Origin: Curvularia clavata
Lineage: Eukaryota
Length of the DNA: 64,000 nucleotides
Reading direction: 5' to 3'
Assembly (NCBI GenBank): GCA_023920165.1
Contig: CP089278.1
Location: forward strand, 186,001-250,000
Part shown: one piece after another, positions 51,464 to 63,886 of the stretch
How positions within the stretch are numbered: position 1 is the first letter of the stretch
Layout of the letters: each line of letters opens with the position of its first letter
The notes under the pieces: generated by a model
Databases searched by the model: none
Seen by the model: the letters and a program-made list of their open reading frames with translations, nothing else
What the model was told of the DNA's origin: nothing
Translations under genes and position numbers: made by a program

Positions 51464-52467
51464 ATGACGATTCCACCTCCAGCACCCGATTCATGCACAC
51501 AGGTTGGCCCCGAGCCATGCACAGTCGAGAGGACGATCCTAGGGTACTATCCAGACATTGGCGTCAACGCGGCGTATGCAGGTTTCTTTGGCCTTTGCGC
51601 ACTTCTTCACATTGCTCTGGGACTTCGGTATAAGACATGGTCGTACGCGGTAAGTCTCTTTTTTAGTCATTTGCGTGCTCGGGAGCTCTTCTGACAATGG
51701 CATAGGCAGCTCTGAGTCTTGGTTGTGTAGGCGAGGCAGTCGGATATGTGGGCCGAATCATAATGTGGGACAATCCGTACGACCAAGCGGGATTCCAGAT
51801 GCAGATTTGCTGTCTGATCATCTCACCTGCCTTCATATCCGCCGGTATCTATCTCACGCTCAAGCACCTCGTCATAAACTTTGGCGAGTCTTGGTCACGC
51901 ATACGGCCAGCGTGGTATACATATATTTTCATCGCAGGAGATTTGGTATCGCTTGTGCTGCAGGGTGTGGGTGGTGGCCTAGCTGCAACTGCAGACTTTG
52001 GCAGCGAGGAACAAGACATCGGCACGGACATTATGATTGCTGGTGTGATCTGGCAAGTGGTGACGCTGACCGTCTTCGGCTTCCTACTCATCGAATACGG
52101 AATCCGAACGTACCGCCATCGCCAGGAGCTTTCGGCCGAGGCAAAAACGCTATTGGCGAAGAAGTCATTCCGATGCTTCATCTTTGCCATTGCGCTGGCG
52201 TTCTTCACCATTTTCGCGCGATGCGTATACCGCATTCCTGAGCTTGCCTTCGGGTGGAGGAGTGAGTTGATGCGTGAGGAGTTGGACTTCATCATCCTCG
52301 AAGGAGCCATGATTGTCACGGCCGTGACGGTGCTGACCGTCTTCCACCCTGGATACTGTTTCCCAGCTCTGAGCAGTCGAGGCAACAAGACTAAGTCGAT
52401 CCGGGGCAAGAGCATCTACGAGGATGAGGATGTGGAGATGATGCCTGCTCGCACTCAGCCGTCTTAA
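51464..52467 (+). CDS. RTA1-family lipid-translocating membrane protein; exons 51464-51649, 51706-52467
   Basis: GEAVGYVGR, QICCLIISPAFISAGIY, DLVSLVLQGVGGGLA, RCVYRIPELAFGW, HPG; multiple TM helices. Confidence 0.92.
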
Positions 52468-52786
52468 AGTTTGCAGCGTTTGCATGGATTTTCTTTTGTC
52501 ACAGACATGATTCTAGGAGTTGTTGGAAGATTTAGATATGATTGGCTCAGAATGTGTATATGTAGAAAGGTGACGCGCAGGATTTCTTTTGTCCACAGGT
52601 AGCATGAGATCTGGGTGTTTGGGTTTGCATACGACATAGCATATTGGTCGATAGGGCGTACAATGCCAACTGCTTCTTATTATGTTTCATGACTGTCCCA
52701 TTTGCAGCACTTGGTCTTTGATTTGTTTTTGTCTTCCATAAATAGCCGCAAGACGGATCTGATAGGAGATTGGTTGGTTGTTCGTG

Positions 52787-52816
52787 GAGACGATGTGTCA
52801 GAGACGATGTGTCAGA
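52787..52816. repeat. Tandem 14-bp duplication GAGACGATGTGTCA
   Basis: gagacgatgtgtca gagacgatgtgtca ga read directly. Confidence 0.75.
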
Positions 52817-54300
52817 GCAAGCGTCCAAGTGGTCATCGCGAGGAGAGACCGAGTCAGCGACTGACAGGGAGACGCGGAAGGCTTGGCAGGCAAGACAGCC
52901 GATGCGGATGGGTGCATGTCAGCAGTACGCGTGTCAGTAGATATCGAGGTAGATACAAGGATGGGGTGCAGGAGATGGCATTGTTCTCGCTAAAGTCTGC
53001 GCGATGGGACGACCCGGAGCTAGAGGAAACCCTTGGACGGCTGGCCAATTGCGCAACACATGTCTCCTGTCCATGCCTACAGCCGCCGCATTGGGACGTG
53101 CCGCGGTCGTCTGCCATGTGGCGTTGTCGTCTCACCACAAGTGCTGGCTGCAGCCGATGACGTCAATTGTGGCACACGAGTATTTGAACCCTCGTTTACC
53201 ATGCTTCCAGACGAGCTGGCCTTTTTCTTTCTCTGCTTGGTGTTTTTTTGGTCATTTTTGGCGTTTGACGTGTTCCGCCCTCGACACGGCTTGCGAAGAC
53301 ATAATCTTCCGCTCACGCCCTGGCCCCGGCTACCCACCAGCGCACAATCTGCCTCTCAAGTGCTGACTGATAATACAGCCGCCAATCACGACCATGTCCC
53401 CTAGGACTAGCATACCGTTTCGTTTTGCAGTGACGGCCCCGCGACGTCACTTTGTTGCACCGCAGCCCAGGTGCGAGGACATGGCAGCCGTTTTCGCTTG
53501 CGCCATGGACCAGCCCGGATAGGAATAGCGCCTCCAGCCACACACGCGCACCGCCACAAGCACATCGACTCGTCACCACTCGACAATGGCGGCCCAACGA
53601 CCCAACGCCTCCTGACAGCAGCATTCACGACACCCGGGTCCATCCCAGGGGCTAGCAGCTAGTCCCTTCCAGTGTCGCAGGGCAGGGCCGGGTGGCACAG
53701 GGCAACCCTGGAGTCTGGAACCCGCCGCAACTCATCCGGATTGCCATGGCCACAGTTGTACCGCCGAAGCTAGCCCTGCAGCTGAGGCACAGAAGCAGCA
53801 GAGTACTGTTGGGGGCCCCTTTTGCAACCTGACGGCTGTCTTCTGGCTGTCGTCCCAAGCCGTCGACGTCTTGGGTATCCTGAGGCAGCCTGATAGCACG
53901 TGAGCTGATGGCACTCGCCCCCTCATTGGCTAGGAAACCATCTCCGCAGCATGTTTTTTGTCGGCGCTTTGAACCGAGGAAGCGCTCCTGGTCGCGATTC
54001 CCGTTGCACAGAACAGGACAAGAGGCACGAGAAGCACAAGAGGCGGAATTCTGAGGCCTCGCTGGCGGGAGAGCGTGGCCCTCGACATCGAAACGTGGCG
54101 ACAAGGCCTTCCGATGCGGCCATCCCCCCAGGGCCGCCGCCGTCTCATCGACTTCATAGTCCGCGGAACTGCCACCAGCACATAGTCACTGGCGCGAGCT
54201 CGTCGCCCATCGCCAAGCCTCGCCTGGCTCCACTACCATCATCAACCTTGGGGCTTCCGCCAACTGCAACACTTCACCCACGCCCCGACTGCCTGCAGAA

Positions 54301-56375
54301 ATGGACCTTTCAGACCGATGGCAGACTATTGCCCCTGCCTCAGACGAGCCCGGACAGCGACGCGCCGCGCCAGACCGGCGCAAACGGCGACAGGCCGTTG
54401 CTGTGGCTTGTGTGCACTGCCGCAACGGGAAGGCCAAGGTACGTAGGACCGTGTTACACCCAGCCAGTGTCATGAGTCTTCGGTGATCCGGGGTCCTCTG
54501 CATTGTCTTTCAGCGTCCGCTGACGCCTGGCAGCAATGCAGACAACCCGACGCCCGCCCTCCTGCCAACCACGTGCCACTGTAGTCCTCTGCTACTCTTC
54601 TATGGGTAATCACTGGCCGTGACACTACCTGTAGGTAGCCGATTTACTGCTTTGGCATCTTTCACCCAAGCTCCAAGGCCGCTAATTCACCCTTTTACAG
54701 TGCGATGGCACCAGACCACGATGCAACCGCTGCAAGGACAACGATCTCATCTGCCAGTACGATGTCGCAGAGGGCGTCTCCAGAGCTGAGCGAATGAAGA
54801 TTATGAAGCGGGACAGCATCACCGGCGAGCTCGAAGACCTAAAGCGTATCGTAACCTCGCTACGCTCAGGTACCGATGACCAGGCCGCAGCCATTCTCGC
54901 GAGATTACGACTTGGTGAGACTCCTGAAGACGTTGCAAAATCTCTCTCCCTGGCATCCTCTCCAGCAGCAGGCGCCCAGCCGCCCAGGTACGCATCACTA
55001 CATCACAGCTTCCTCCCTGGCTTCAAAAAAAAACATGTTGGTAACTGGGGTTCAGCTTACTGGGCCAGGAGTCCACCGATACCTCTGGAAGTGCAATGAG
55101 CCACGAATCAAATCTCGATCCCAGCAAACAACCTTCCAAATTCCGTCAAGGCTCTGTACCTTCTTTGACTTCGCCCACAAGCCAGACTCATGCCTGGTCA
55201 CCTTCGGCAAATCTTTCTCAGCCCGCATTTCCGCATCCAGTGGTAGGAAAGCAGCCAGGCGGTGGTGATGAACAGCCTTTCTTATGTCCCTTGTTTGACC
55301 GAGACGACTATCTTCTCCCAAAAGCAGACACCGATGGTGAAAGCGACGACGAAGACCTTGAAGAGAGAACTATTGACCCTCGGCTTACCCAGCAGGTTTC
55401 AAGCTTCGACCTCCGCCCCATTCCATCCTCTTCAAAAAGGTCCTCTATTAGCCAGAGAAGGTCACCACACCGACAGAATAGGGTTCGGTCTATTTATCCC
55501 ACTCATCTTGCTGGCCGACAGCCGATGGTGAACACCATCCGTATCCACCCAAATCTCGACATCCGCAGTTTCTTCGACAATACATTCTTTTCTACCGATG
55601 CCGAGTCAAGCAAACATCCTTCTGAAACACAACAGACGCGTAGCAGCAACCTTTTTGTTCCAACGTGGGCTATGCTTCCGATCAACACGGTGCCTGATCC
55701 TGGCTCACTCAAGCGCACTGTGCCAAATATATTGCAAGAAGCTGCGAATTTGATAAAAAATGGACGGCCAGTCGAGGATATTATTGAAAAGCACCCCAAT
55801 ATTGCCGCTCTGTTTGACGAAGGAGCTTTCAACAACTCGGGCATACTTTCCAAGTGGGCAGTTGGCATGGTACACGGCGTACATCTCAAAGGTAGCCTTT
55901 CCTACTCGTCTGCCACCGTAGAGCCAATTCACTAACTTGCCTAGGCAACACGTTTACATGCTTCGGCTCCATGTATGTCTTTTGGATACTAATACGCTGG
56001 ATGATTTCACCCTCGCCCGAAACGTATAACGCTATGCCCGAGTGGCTGCGCCCGACCCCGAATCAGCTTTTCATGCCACATATCAACATTGTCGATTTTA
56101 TAGTGTGGCCCGCCTTCCGTGAGCTTGCTGCTCAAATCCCGGCAATGCAGGAAAGAATGGAATGGCTCATGGATATGAGCCTCGGGATCCAGTGCGATTG
56201 GTCGTTCCCCACCAGCGAGGCTCTGTGTAAAAATGACGAGACAGGCCAAACGGATCTCTCCGAGCCAGCAAAGCAGGTCATCCGAGACTTGACGAGTTGG
56301 AGCGTTGGACCGAGTTTTAGGGGATACGTGAGCAATGCGGATTCCTATGTTAGAATCAGGACAGAAGGATACTGA
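54301..56375 (+). CDS. Zn2Cys6 transcription factor with DUF3425-like C-terminus; exons 54301-54438, 54701-54987, 55056-55891, 55945-56375
   Basis: ACVHCRNGKAK|CDGTRPRCNRCKDNDLICQY binuclear cluster; C-terminal PEWLRPTPNQLFMPH..DFIVWPAFRE. Confidence 0.9.
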
Positions 56376-57294
56376 GCGAAGCTGTCATTGGGACTTCCTT
56401 TCACAATGCGATAGAATTCAGGGCGTAAAACCACGCAATGTGGTACAAAACGGAAAACACGGCAAAAAGGACAGCCTAGGGCCATAAACTCGGCGTACAA
56501 AAACAAAGAAAAACAAAGAAAACGAGAAACATCAAGTGTCACAGGAAAAAAAAACAGAATACGAACAGAATGGCTTGAAGAGCATTCTGATGAAATACCC
56601 ATGTACTGCATCAAGTCGCCAAATCTCGCCGAAGCATATTGCACGGAGTTTGCCAGCCAGCAGGCATACAAGACCATAGACGTTAGCATACATGTCTAGA
56701 TAAAACAACATCGACTCTCTTCTCTCACTTTGATGTGCCTATATGTTGACTCTTTGTACTGCATCGTCACCAGGTTATGAAAAACATGAATCGCGACTAA
56801 GAAATTGTCTTGCACTTGGCACTTATAATGTCGTACGCTTTTAACTCGATGCTTATTTACTAAGCCTCTAATTCTATATGCATTAAAAAGGCTCTCAAGC
56901 ACCAAAGACTTCGCTCTCGAATTTCTACCTAGACAGAGACCCGTTTTGGATGCCGGATTTCTAAGGGGCAGCCTGCCGTTCTTTCAAAGATACTTTTGAT
57001 GGACCGATCGCCGATGGCGAGCTAGCGGTTTAGGAGAAAAATAAGCGTAAATTAGTCTAAAGTAACGCGCGTAATTTATCAATTTTGTTGCTTAAATCTA
57101 CTACTACATTATAGTGGTCTTGCAGACCTATAGAGTAAGCGGGTTAAGCGCGCTTGGGTGATTTTGGTGATATGTGGCCCGTGCAGAGTCACGATTTTCC
57201 CTCCACCCTAGTAACAGTGCAACATCTCCACCAAAAAAAGAGGGAAGCCCAACACTCTTCTCAAGGCGTTTTCCCCTATAGCAAAAAGGAGGTT

Positions 57295-57391
57295 TTCCGA
57301 CACCGGGAATCGAACCCGGGCCTTGCCGGCGCTGTAGCGAACTAACTCTGCGAATGAGAGCGGCAAATCCTAGCCACTAGACCATATCGGA
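57295..57391 (-). tRNA. tRNA-Glu(CTC) with 25-nt intron (57354-57330)
   Basis: Minus strand TCCGATATGGTCTAGTGGCTAGGATTTGCCGCT-CTC-A[intron]CCGGCAAGGCCCGGGTTCGATTCCCGGTGTCGGA; acceptor, anticodon and T stems pair; T5 Pol III terminator at 57287-57283. Confidence 0.95.
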
Positions 57392-59231
57392 TGTTGTTGG
57401 TGACTGATGAAAGCAACTCAGATTGTACTGGTTATGTTTCTGTAATCCACGGCCTTTGTGCTGCTATATTCCATGTAAAGTTTCTGGTTCCTGGGGGGTG
57501 AGGCAAAGAAAATTTTCTTTCCACACTATGGTGTGGGGATATCATACGCTAGTTGTACATCCGTGTGTAACGAGGTGATAACATGAAGAAAATGAAGCAA
57601 AGAGAAGAAAAGGTGATCAAGAAAAAATATCTTTTTCCGTACAAGAACTTAAAATGTTGCCAGCAAAGCCGGTGTCCTTCAAGTCAGATTCTTTGCAAGT
57701 CGACATGTTATCGGCTGGTGGGTGATCCCAAGTAGTGTTTACCTTTGCTCGTCCACGAAGAAACAAGAGAATACAGCCGTCCGGCAGTCCTAGCTGGAAT
57801 CGTTCTCTCATGTAACTCGACACGTTCAGGAGGAGCGCATGGCAATTCAAAACCCTGGGAAGAAACCGGGTCGACCTGGGACGCATCTTGAACATTATGG
57901 TAGGGGTAGTCTGCAAATCCACGGATTGCTTATCATAAGCCTTTTCAGGCTCCTTGACCTTTCAGTCGTGACCTGTACGGACACAGAGAAGGAATACGGA
58001 CGGAGACTGCAACGGGTCCCTTCTGAACGGTAATGGCAAATCGCACACGATCCTAGCAGGCGTCCGTCTAGGATGACACAGCGCGAGTCAGGCCAGGTTG
58101 GCTAGTTCAATTAAGAGGATTAAAGGGCGAGACAGCAGTGTAGAGACTAGGCGTAAGCCTACATAGAGAGAATTCTGCCTCAGCGCACAGACCTGGGGCC
58201 TGGCAAGCGATGGCGAAGGCAGATGATCACCGCCACAACCCACCAGAGCCACGATTGGAAGGCTGTCGAGTGAAATCATGCGGCACCCTTCGTCCAAATG
58301 TTGGCGAATATCTTTGAACATATCGACGTCTTTCTTTATGCCTGACTCCAGACAGTGCTCTTGAAATAGACTGCATTTCGAAGCCACAGTAACGAGCTGT
58401 CCGAGATTTCCAGGTCCTAGGTGTTGACGGCATCTGCGTTAACTCGGGAAACTTTGGCTTCCCTTCCAATGCAAGACACTCCATAACTCGCTTCGAAGCA
58501 GTGCCTCCAACTAACTTGACTTTTTACGAGCCCAATCCCTTGGCAACCCCCTCGTTGGATATCTATGATATAGCCAGCCTTACCAAAGGTGGCAAATGCT
58601 CCCTCCTTGAACACGTTCATAAAAAAGGCAGAGACATAGTAGGACACCTGCCCATGTCGAACCCCTTATTCGAGATCAGGCTGCAATTGATGGATTTGAG
58701 TTTGGTGGGCATGGTGCAACTCGGTCCAAGTTGGCCAGAATTGGTCAAAATCGCACAAAATCAGCGAGAACTGGGCGGAGGGACGGCAAATCGGTCGTGG
58801 CTATGGGGATAGTACTTCCCAGTCTCGGGGGTTGATACTGCTCATCGCTTCCCGGTGTATTGTTTATTCGATCCGCAGACGGACGAACAGATTGACAACA
58901 ACTGTTCCACATGGCGACAAGCCTACGAGACGTCTGTAAGCTATTAGGTGCGTCTATCATGATGCCGACTCGAGAATCTTTCTGCGAATTGTGGCCATTC
59001 CCAAAGAAAAGCATAGAAGCGAATAAGCTACAGTTTTTGGCCTTGGGATCATTCCACTTCTTGTCCACTTCTGTGTGTTCAGTAGCATTATCTTGCGAGT
59101 ACACGATAAAGATGCTATGAATTAGGAGCTCCATACAATCTAGGCAATCTCCTGCACAATGGGTGTCATGAACCAGAAAATGACTTTCTCGTCCTAGAGC
59201 TCGGCCCGATCCATGTCAAGTAGTCAAGTCA

Positions 59232-60077
59232 CTAGACAGCCCAAGGCAGTACCCCGGTGCGATGATATATAGTCCTCGCGCGATTATCCAGCAAGACTTC
59301 CTTGGCGGCGTTCAGGCGCTGCATGGCCTCAGTTGCGACCAAACGTTCTTCAGGAGTACTGGCATGGTCGGGATGTATGGTACGGGCTTTGTGACGGTAA
59401 GCTGAATGGATGACCTCAGCAGCAGCATGCCAGTCAACCAAATCGAGCATGTTATATAGAGTCATGTCGACTGGAGGTGTGACCAAGGGGTTATTGCGCC
59501 GTGGGCGGGCTGGGCGGCGGTCATGTGATGGTGGTGGTGGTGATTGAGAAGGAGGAGGAGTTCCTGCCGACGGAGTGGTCGGGTTGAGAGGAGACGAGTG
59601 TGGAGCATCGAATTGAGGACGCTGATGCCACGGGATATAATTTTCCCAGTTCTCCCAGTTGGGATCCTCACTCGAGAAAGAGAAAGTAGTATCAAGCGGA
59701 CGAGGAGAGGAAACAGGTGTCGAGCTTCCGCGGTCCGCCAACGGCGTCCGTGGCGTACTCATCTTGGGCCGCTTTGGTGTTGCGGTGAACGGCGTGGGAA
59801 GTTGCTCTTCAGGATCCATGAAGATGGCAAACTCGGCCTTGCGCTTTTTTCTCCCCTTGCTCTGGGAAGACGGAGTGCCTTTGGCGGCAAACAGGGTGCG
59901 CTTGACAACCGGGGTCGATGGAGCCGGAATCTCGACCATCAAAGAGGGGCGAGGACTTGAGCGCCGTGGTGCAGCGAGAACGCAATTGAAACTGACTTCC
60001 AGGTCCGCGTTGTCGGACTCTGGAAGCGGGGTATTGATGGCAAGCGCTAGGAAGTATTCGTCATCAAAGTTGATCAT
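59232..60077 (-). CDS. Protein with disordered S/T/P-rich N-terminus and C-terminal J (DnaJ) domain
   Basis: LYNMLDL..VIHSAYRHKARTIHPD..AMQRLNAAKEVLLD..RTIY J-domain pattern with intact HPD; probable 5'UTR intron 60194-60090. Confidence 0.82.
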   Translation of the reverse strand: MINFDDEYFLALAINTPLPESDNADLEVSFNCVLAAPRRSSPRPSLMVEIPAPSTPVVKRTLFAAKGTPSSQSKGRKKRKAEFAIFMDPEEQLPTPFTATPKRPKMSTPRTPLADRGSSTPVSSPRPLDTTFSFSSEDPNWENWENYIPWHQRPQFDAPHSSPLNPTTPSAGTPPPSQSPPPPSHDRRPARPRRNNPLVTPPVDMTLYNMLDLVDWHAAAEVIHSAYRHKARTIHPDHASTPEERLVATEAMQRLNAAKEVLLDNRARTIYHRTGVLPWAV

Positions 60078-60445
60078 TGTGTTGATATACTGTTGTAGGG
60101 TTAGAAATCATAGCTCTGTCAATTGGCATCGAAAATCAAAGAACCAAATAAAGAGACAACTCAAGACAAGTTGAAGAGAAAACATGGTACTTACCTTTGA
60201 TGATACTGAAGTGAGTCTTCAATTGCGAACTGAAGAAGGATATGTCGGGTTGAATTGAGGAGTTGAGTGTTGGAGAAGTAGGTGAGTTGAGGTTGGTTGA
60301 TATGAGAGGTTATGATTGAAGGAGAGTTGATATTACTTTGAGTGACTGAAGTGATTGAGATCTTGGTTGTCAGGCACAGGGTCCGCGCTCCACCCGTGGT
60401 GAAGCTAATTGCAAACAAAGACAGCGTGGGGTGGCTGGCGCCAGA

Positions 60446-60549
60446 ACGCGGCAACTACGCGTATAGCGTGTAGTTTTCTCGTGTATAGCAATATTTCTTT
60501 CGCGTAAAGGTGTATGCTGCCTCGGTAGCCACGATGTTGCGTGACGCGA
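60446..60549 (-). promoter_or_regulatory. Four MCB/SCB-like (ACGCG) elements upstream of the J-domain gene
   Basis: ACGCG 60446, ACGCGT 60457, TTTCGCGT 60498, ACGCGA 60544. Confidence 0.5.
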
Positions 60550-62060
60550 TTTCGGAGGCGTTTGGTGCGCTCGTTTGCAGACCGTAAAATGAATGTATGG
60601 CGAACGCACCAATATTGTGGGGCTGATGTCTGCGCTTGACTTCCTGATCAGCCCAACTAAGGCAATCGATACGTATCGCAATAGATAAGATTAATACAGT
60701 GATCGGTGAGAGGCAGACTTTGGCTTCACAGCGATGGAACAGTGCGCTTTCTTGGGACAGGGGCGTTTACCTGTTGCGCAGAAATCACTGTTTAATTAGC
60801 AAAAAGTGTATTTGAAGAGGAATAGACCTCGTTTTATACACGTTAAAACTCTGGTACAATATCGTGTGTGTAGGCTGTGTTGAAAGTCTCTTGAGTTGAG
60901 AGCGGCGCAAATCAACGCTGACTTTGCGGTCTCAATCTCGCAAGAAATTGAATAGCCCCTTGGCCAGAAGATGTATGTATTCTTAAGAGTGAGAAGTAGT
61001 GCTAAGGCGCGTGAATGTCACTGTTTTTGACCGGATGGTGCCGCTGCTTTATAACATCAGTGCAATATCCAGCCATCACTGGATGGTTTAACGTATCGAG
61101 ACCTTAGCTCTCGCTACTAATTCCATGCAAATATTCCGTACAATGATCTGGAACAATGGCCATGCGCTCTGAGCGTAGCGCTTGTGACTGATTAGAGCTA
61201 GGTGTATAACCAGAGCTGCAGCGTCACGCTTAGATCATCTTTATATGGCCGGAGAAGCACTGCTTCATTAACCCTCGCATAACTCCCTCACTCGAGCTCG
61301 GGGAAGATGGCAGCATTATCAATGCGGTTCTTGGATCGAATAGCTAGGGCGTGTAGTTCGTGTGGGATTGACAAACATCTCGTGTACGAACATTGTTCAC
61401 CGTATTTGAAATCCAGTGACTGCCTTTTTGCTGCTCTGTGCTGCAAACGCCACACCCTGTATACATTTCTTTTTTCTCACCGAACCCTTCGCACGTTTGT
61501 TTCCATCGGGCCGGCAAGGATTAAGAGGCCGTCGTTTGTGTCAACCTAGGGTGTTTCTCGAGAAGGTTGAACATAGCGATTGTCACCGTATAGAGCCAGG
61601 AATGAAACCATATCGTTGCGAATGGAAGATGGATCGGGGGAAACTAGGCAAATGCAGCGATCTTGTTGATAGACAAAGACATAGACAGAGAGGATTTGTG
61701 TTTGATATCAGGTGATGGAAGACGGATGACGAAGGCATGGGATAGCTAGTTTGGTTGGGAGACAGTGCTTTGGCATCGGCCCGAGCTCCGACGACAACCG
61801 TATGTCAGTATGATGGCAATATCACACCAACATTCTATCTACAGCTATGAATGCAAAGAAGCTTCCGGCCGATACTGTGTCGAGTCTTCCTTCCTTGCGC
61901 ACGACGAATGGAGTACAGACTACAAGATGCAAGCGAAGCGCCAACACCGATGCGGGGAAGCCACGTTCAGCCGAGGGAACCTAGGTAACACGCGCCTACG
62001 GACAACAAGCAAGCCTCACGCGAATCTCCACCACTGTAGCTGATTCTCGTATCACACATT

Positions 62061-63129
62061 ATGACGACTCAAAAGAAAGCTGGAAGCGACACGAAGCTCG
62101 GTCCTGCGCCGACGCGACTTCGCCAGATTGCACTAACTACGAGGGACCTAGAGAATACGAAGCTGCTGCTTGTAGGGTCACGACTGTCAATAAGCCATTG
62201 AAAAGCTGATGGAGTGACCAGACATACATCCTGGGTGTAGATGTTGTTTTCGAGGATGATGCCGTTGAGCAATGGGGATTGAAGAATTTCCTAGGTTTGC
62301 AGAGGCCATGCATCACCAGAGCTTCGTACACTGACAAAGCTGCAGTTCCGCTAGGAGGCGACTTTATCGAAGTCGTCGCGCCAACGAAAGAGGGCACGAC
62401 GGTTGGAAGATTGCTAGACAAACGCGGTGAGGGCGGCTTCATGATTATCATGCAGACTGGCGACGCAAAGAAGCGGTGCGACTACATCAAGGAGAACAAT
62501 TTGGCCAACGTCATCGTCGAGCACGAGTACCGGGATGCCATATGCATCCAGTACCATCCAAAAGGCATCAAAGGTATGTCTGCCCCGCGCTTCGCGTTGT
62601 CCCCCAAACACGCGCCAGCAAAGTGGTGGTGGCGCAGGTGTGGTGGCTGATGCGCAGACCAGGCGGCATGATGGCTGAACTCGACTCGCACACCCCTGGG
62701 CCAACTAATCCAGACCCCGTCGGGTCGCGTTTCTCTCCATGGCACGCATGTGGCCCGGCTGATGAGAGTTACATCCGCGGAATGGAACGGACGGGTCACT
62801 TGGCGCTCGAGGGCTGTGTATTGCGCCTACAGCCAGGCGACATGGGCCACGAGGCAGCTGCACGACAGTGGGAGGAGATCTTTGGCGTGTCACGAAGCCG
62901 AGATCTGCTCGCTTTTACCAACGCACGGCTGGGCTTCATTCCGGGTGAGGCAGGCCTTGCAGAGGGCCTTGTGTCGATCACGGTCGGCGTCAAGGGCAAG
63001 GAACATTATGATGCGATACTAGAAAGAGCACGGACTGCAGGCATCTGTGGAGATGGTTGGATTCAAATGTGCGGTATCAAATGGTACTTCTCGCTAACGG
63101 GCCACGGCGAGGACAAGGGCAAGCTCTAG
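62061..63129 (+). CDS. Glyoxalase-like (VOC fold) protein; exons 62061-62171, 62222-62294, 62346-62573, 62663-63129
   Basis: RLRQIAL, WGLKNFL|VPLGGDFIEVVAP, TTVGRLLDKRGEGGFMIIMQ, QYHPKGIKG|GMMAELD; three introns restore frame. Confidence 0.82.
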
Positions 63130-63886
63130 CTGAATGGCTGTTGGGCGTACTTGTCGGCCACGACTTGTGCCACGTAGTCCGACGACGCCTATCGACGAAA
63201 CAGCCAACAGGAGCGAGGTGGGCACGAAGTGCCCCGCCTACCCATGTGTATTCAAGTTGCAATGAACTGCTACTCTCTCATGAAGAAATCCACATTCAAG
63301 TCCTGTCGACTGTTCTCGACCCCTCGCTTATCGGATTAATAGGATCAATTCCACTGGCTGTCCCGCCGGGGAACGCGGTGCAAAGTATGCCTCCCACGAC
63401 GTCGCCGGAAGCATGCAAGCTATTAACAACTCTCGCCAACAACAACAGCAACAACCCTCTCCGGGACATGATCCGAATCGCCAGAGCCGACACTGCTTTC
63501 GCCTCCATCCATGTCGACTTGCCACGGAAGCATGGAGGCTTGGCTCATGACGGCTGTTTTCCAGACGAGCAGGCCGAGTTGGTGCCTGGAAACGCCTTGA
63601 GGACAGCCTCGTACCTACGCACCATTCGTGCATGACACGCCCAGATACTCACTGGCAACTGTACGCGACAGGCCGGGCCTTGCACTTCGCACGTTTGCAC
63701 GGTCCTCCGCCCACAACATGTCGCGCTGGCTGTACCCATGTCGTAGTTCGAGCACCCGCTTCCGCGCCACCACTACAACTACTCTACTTTGGGAACAGTT
63801 TGCAATTCCGTACTGATCGATCCGAACAATCACGTGCCCTGAGGCCGCACGACTGCACACATACAAATAGTATGTCGTCACGCCCA

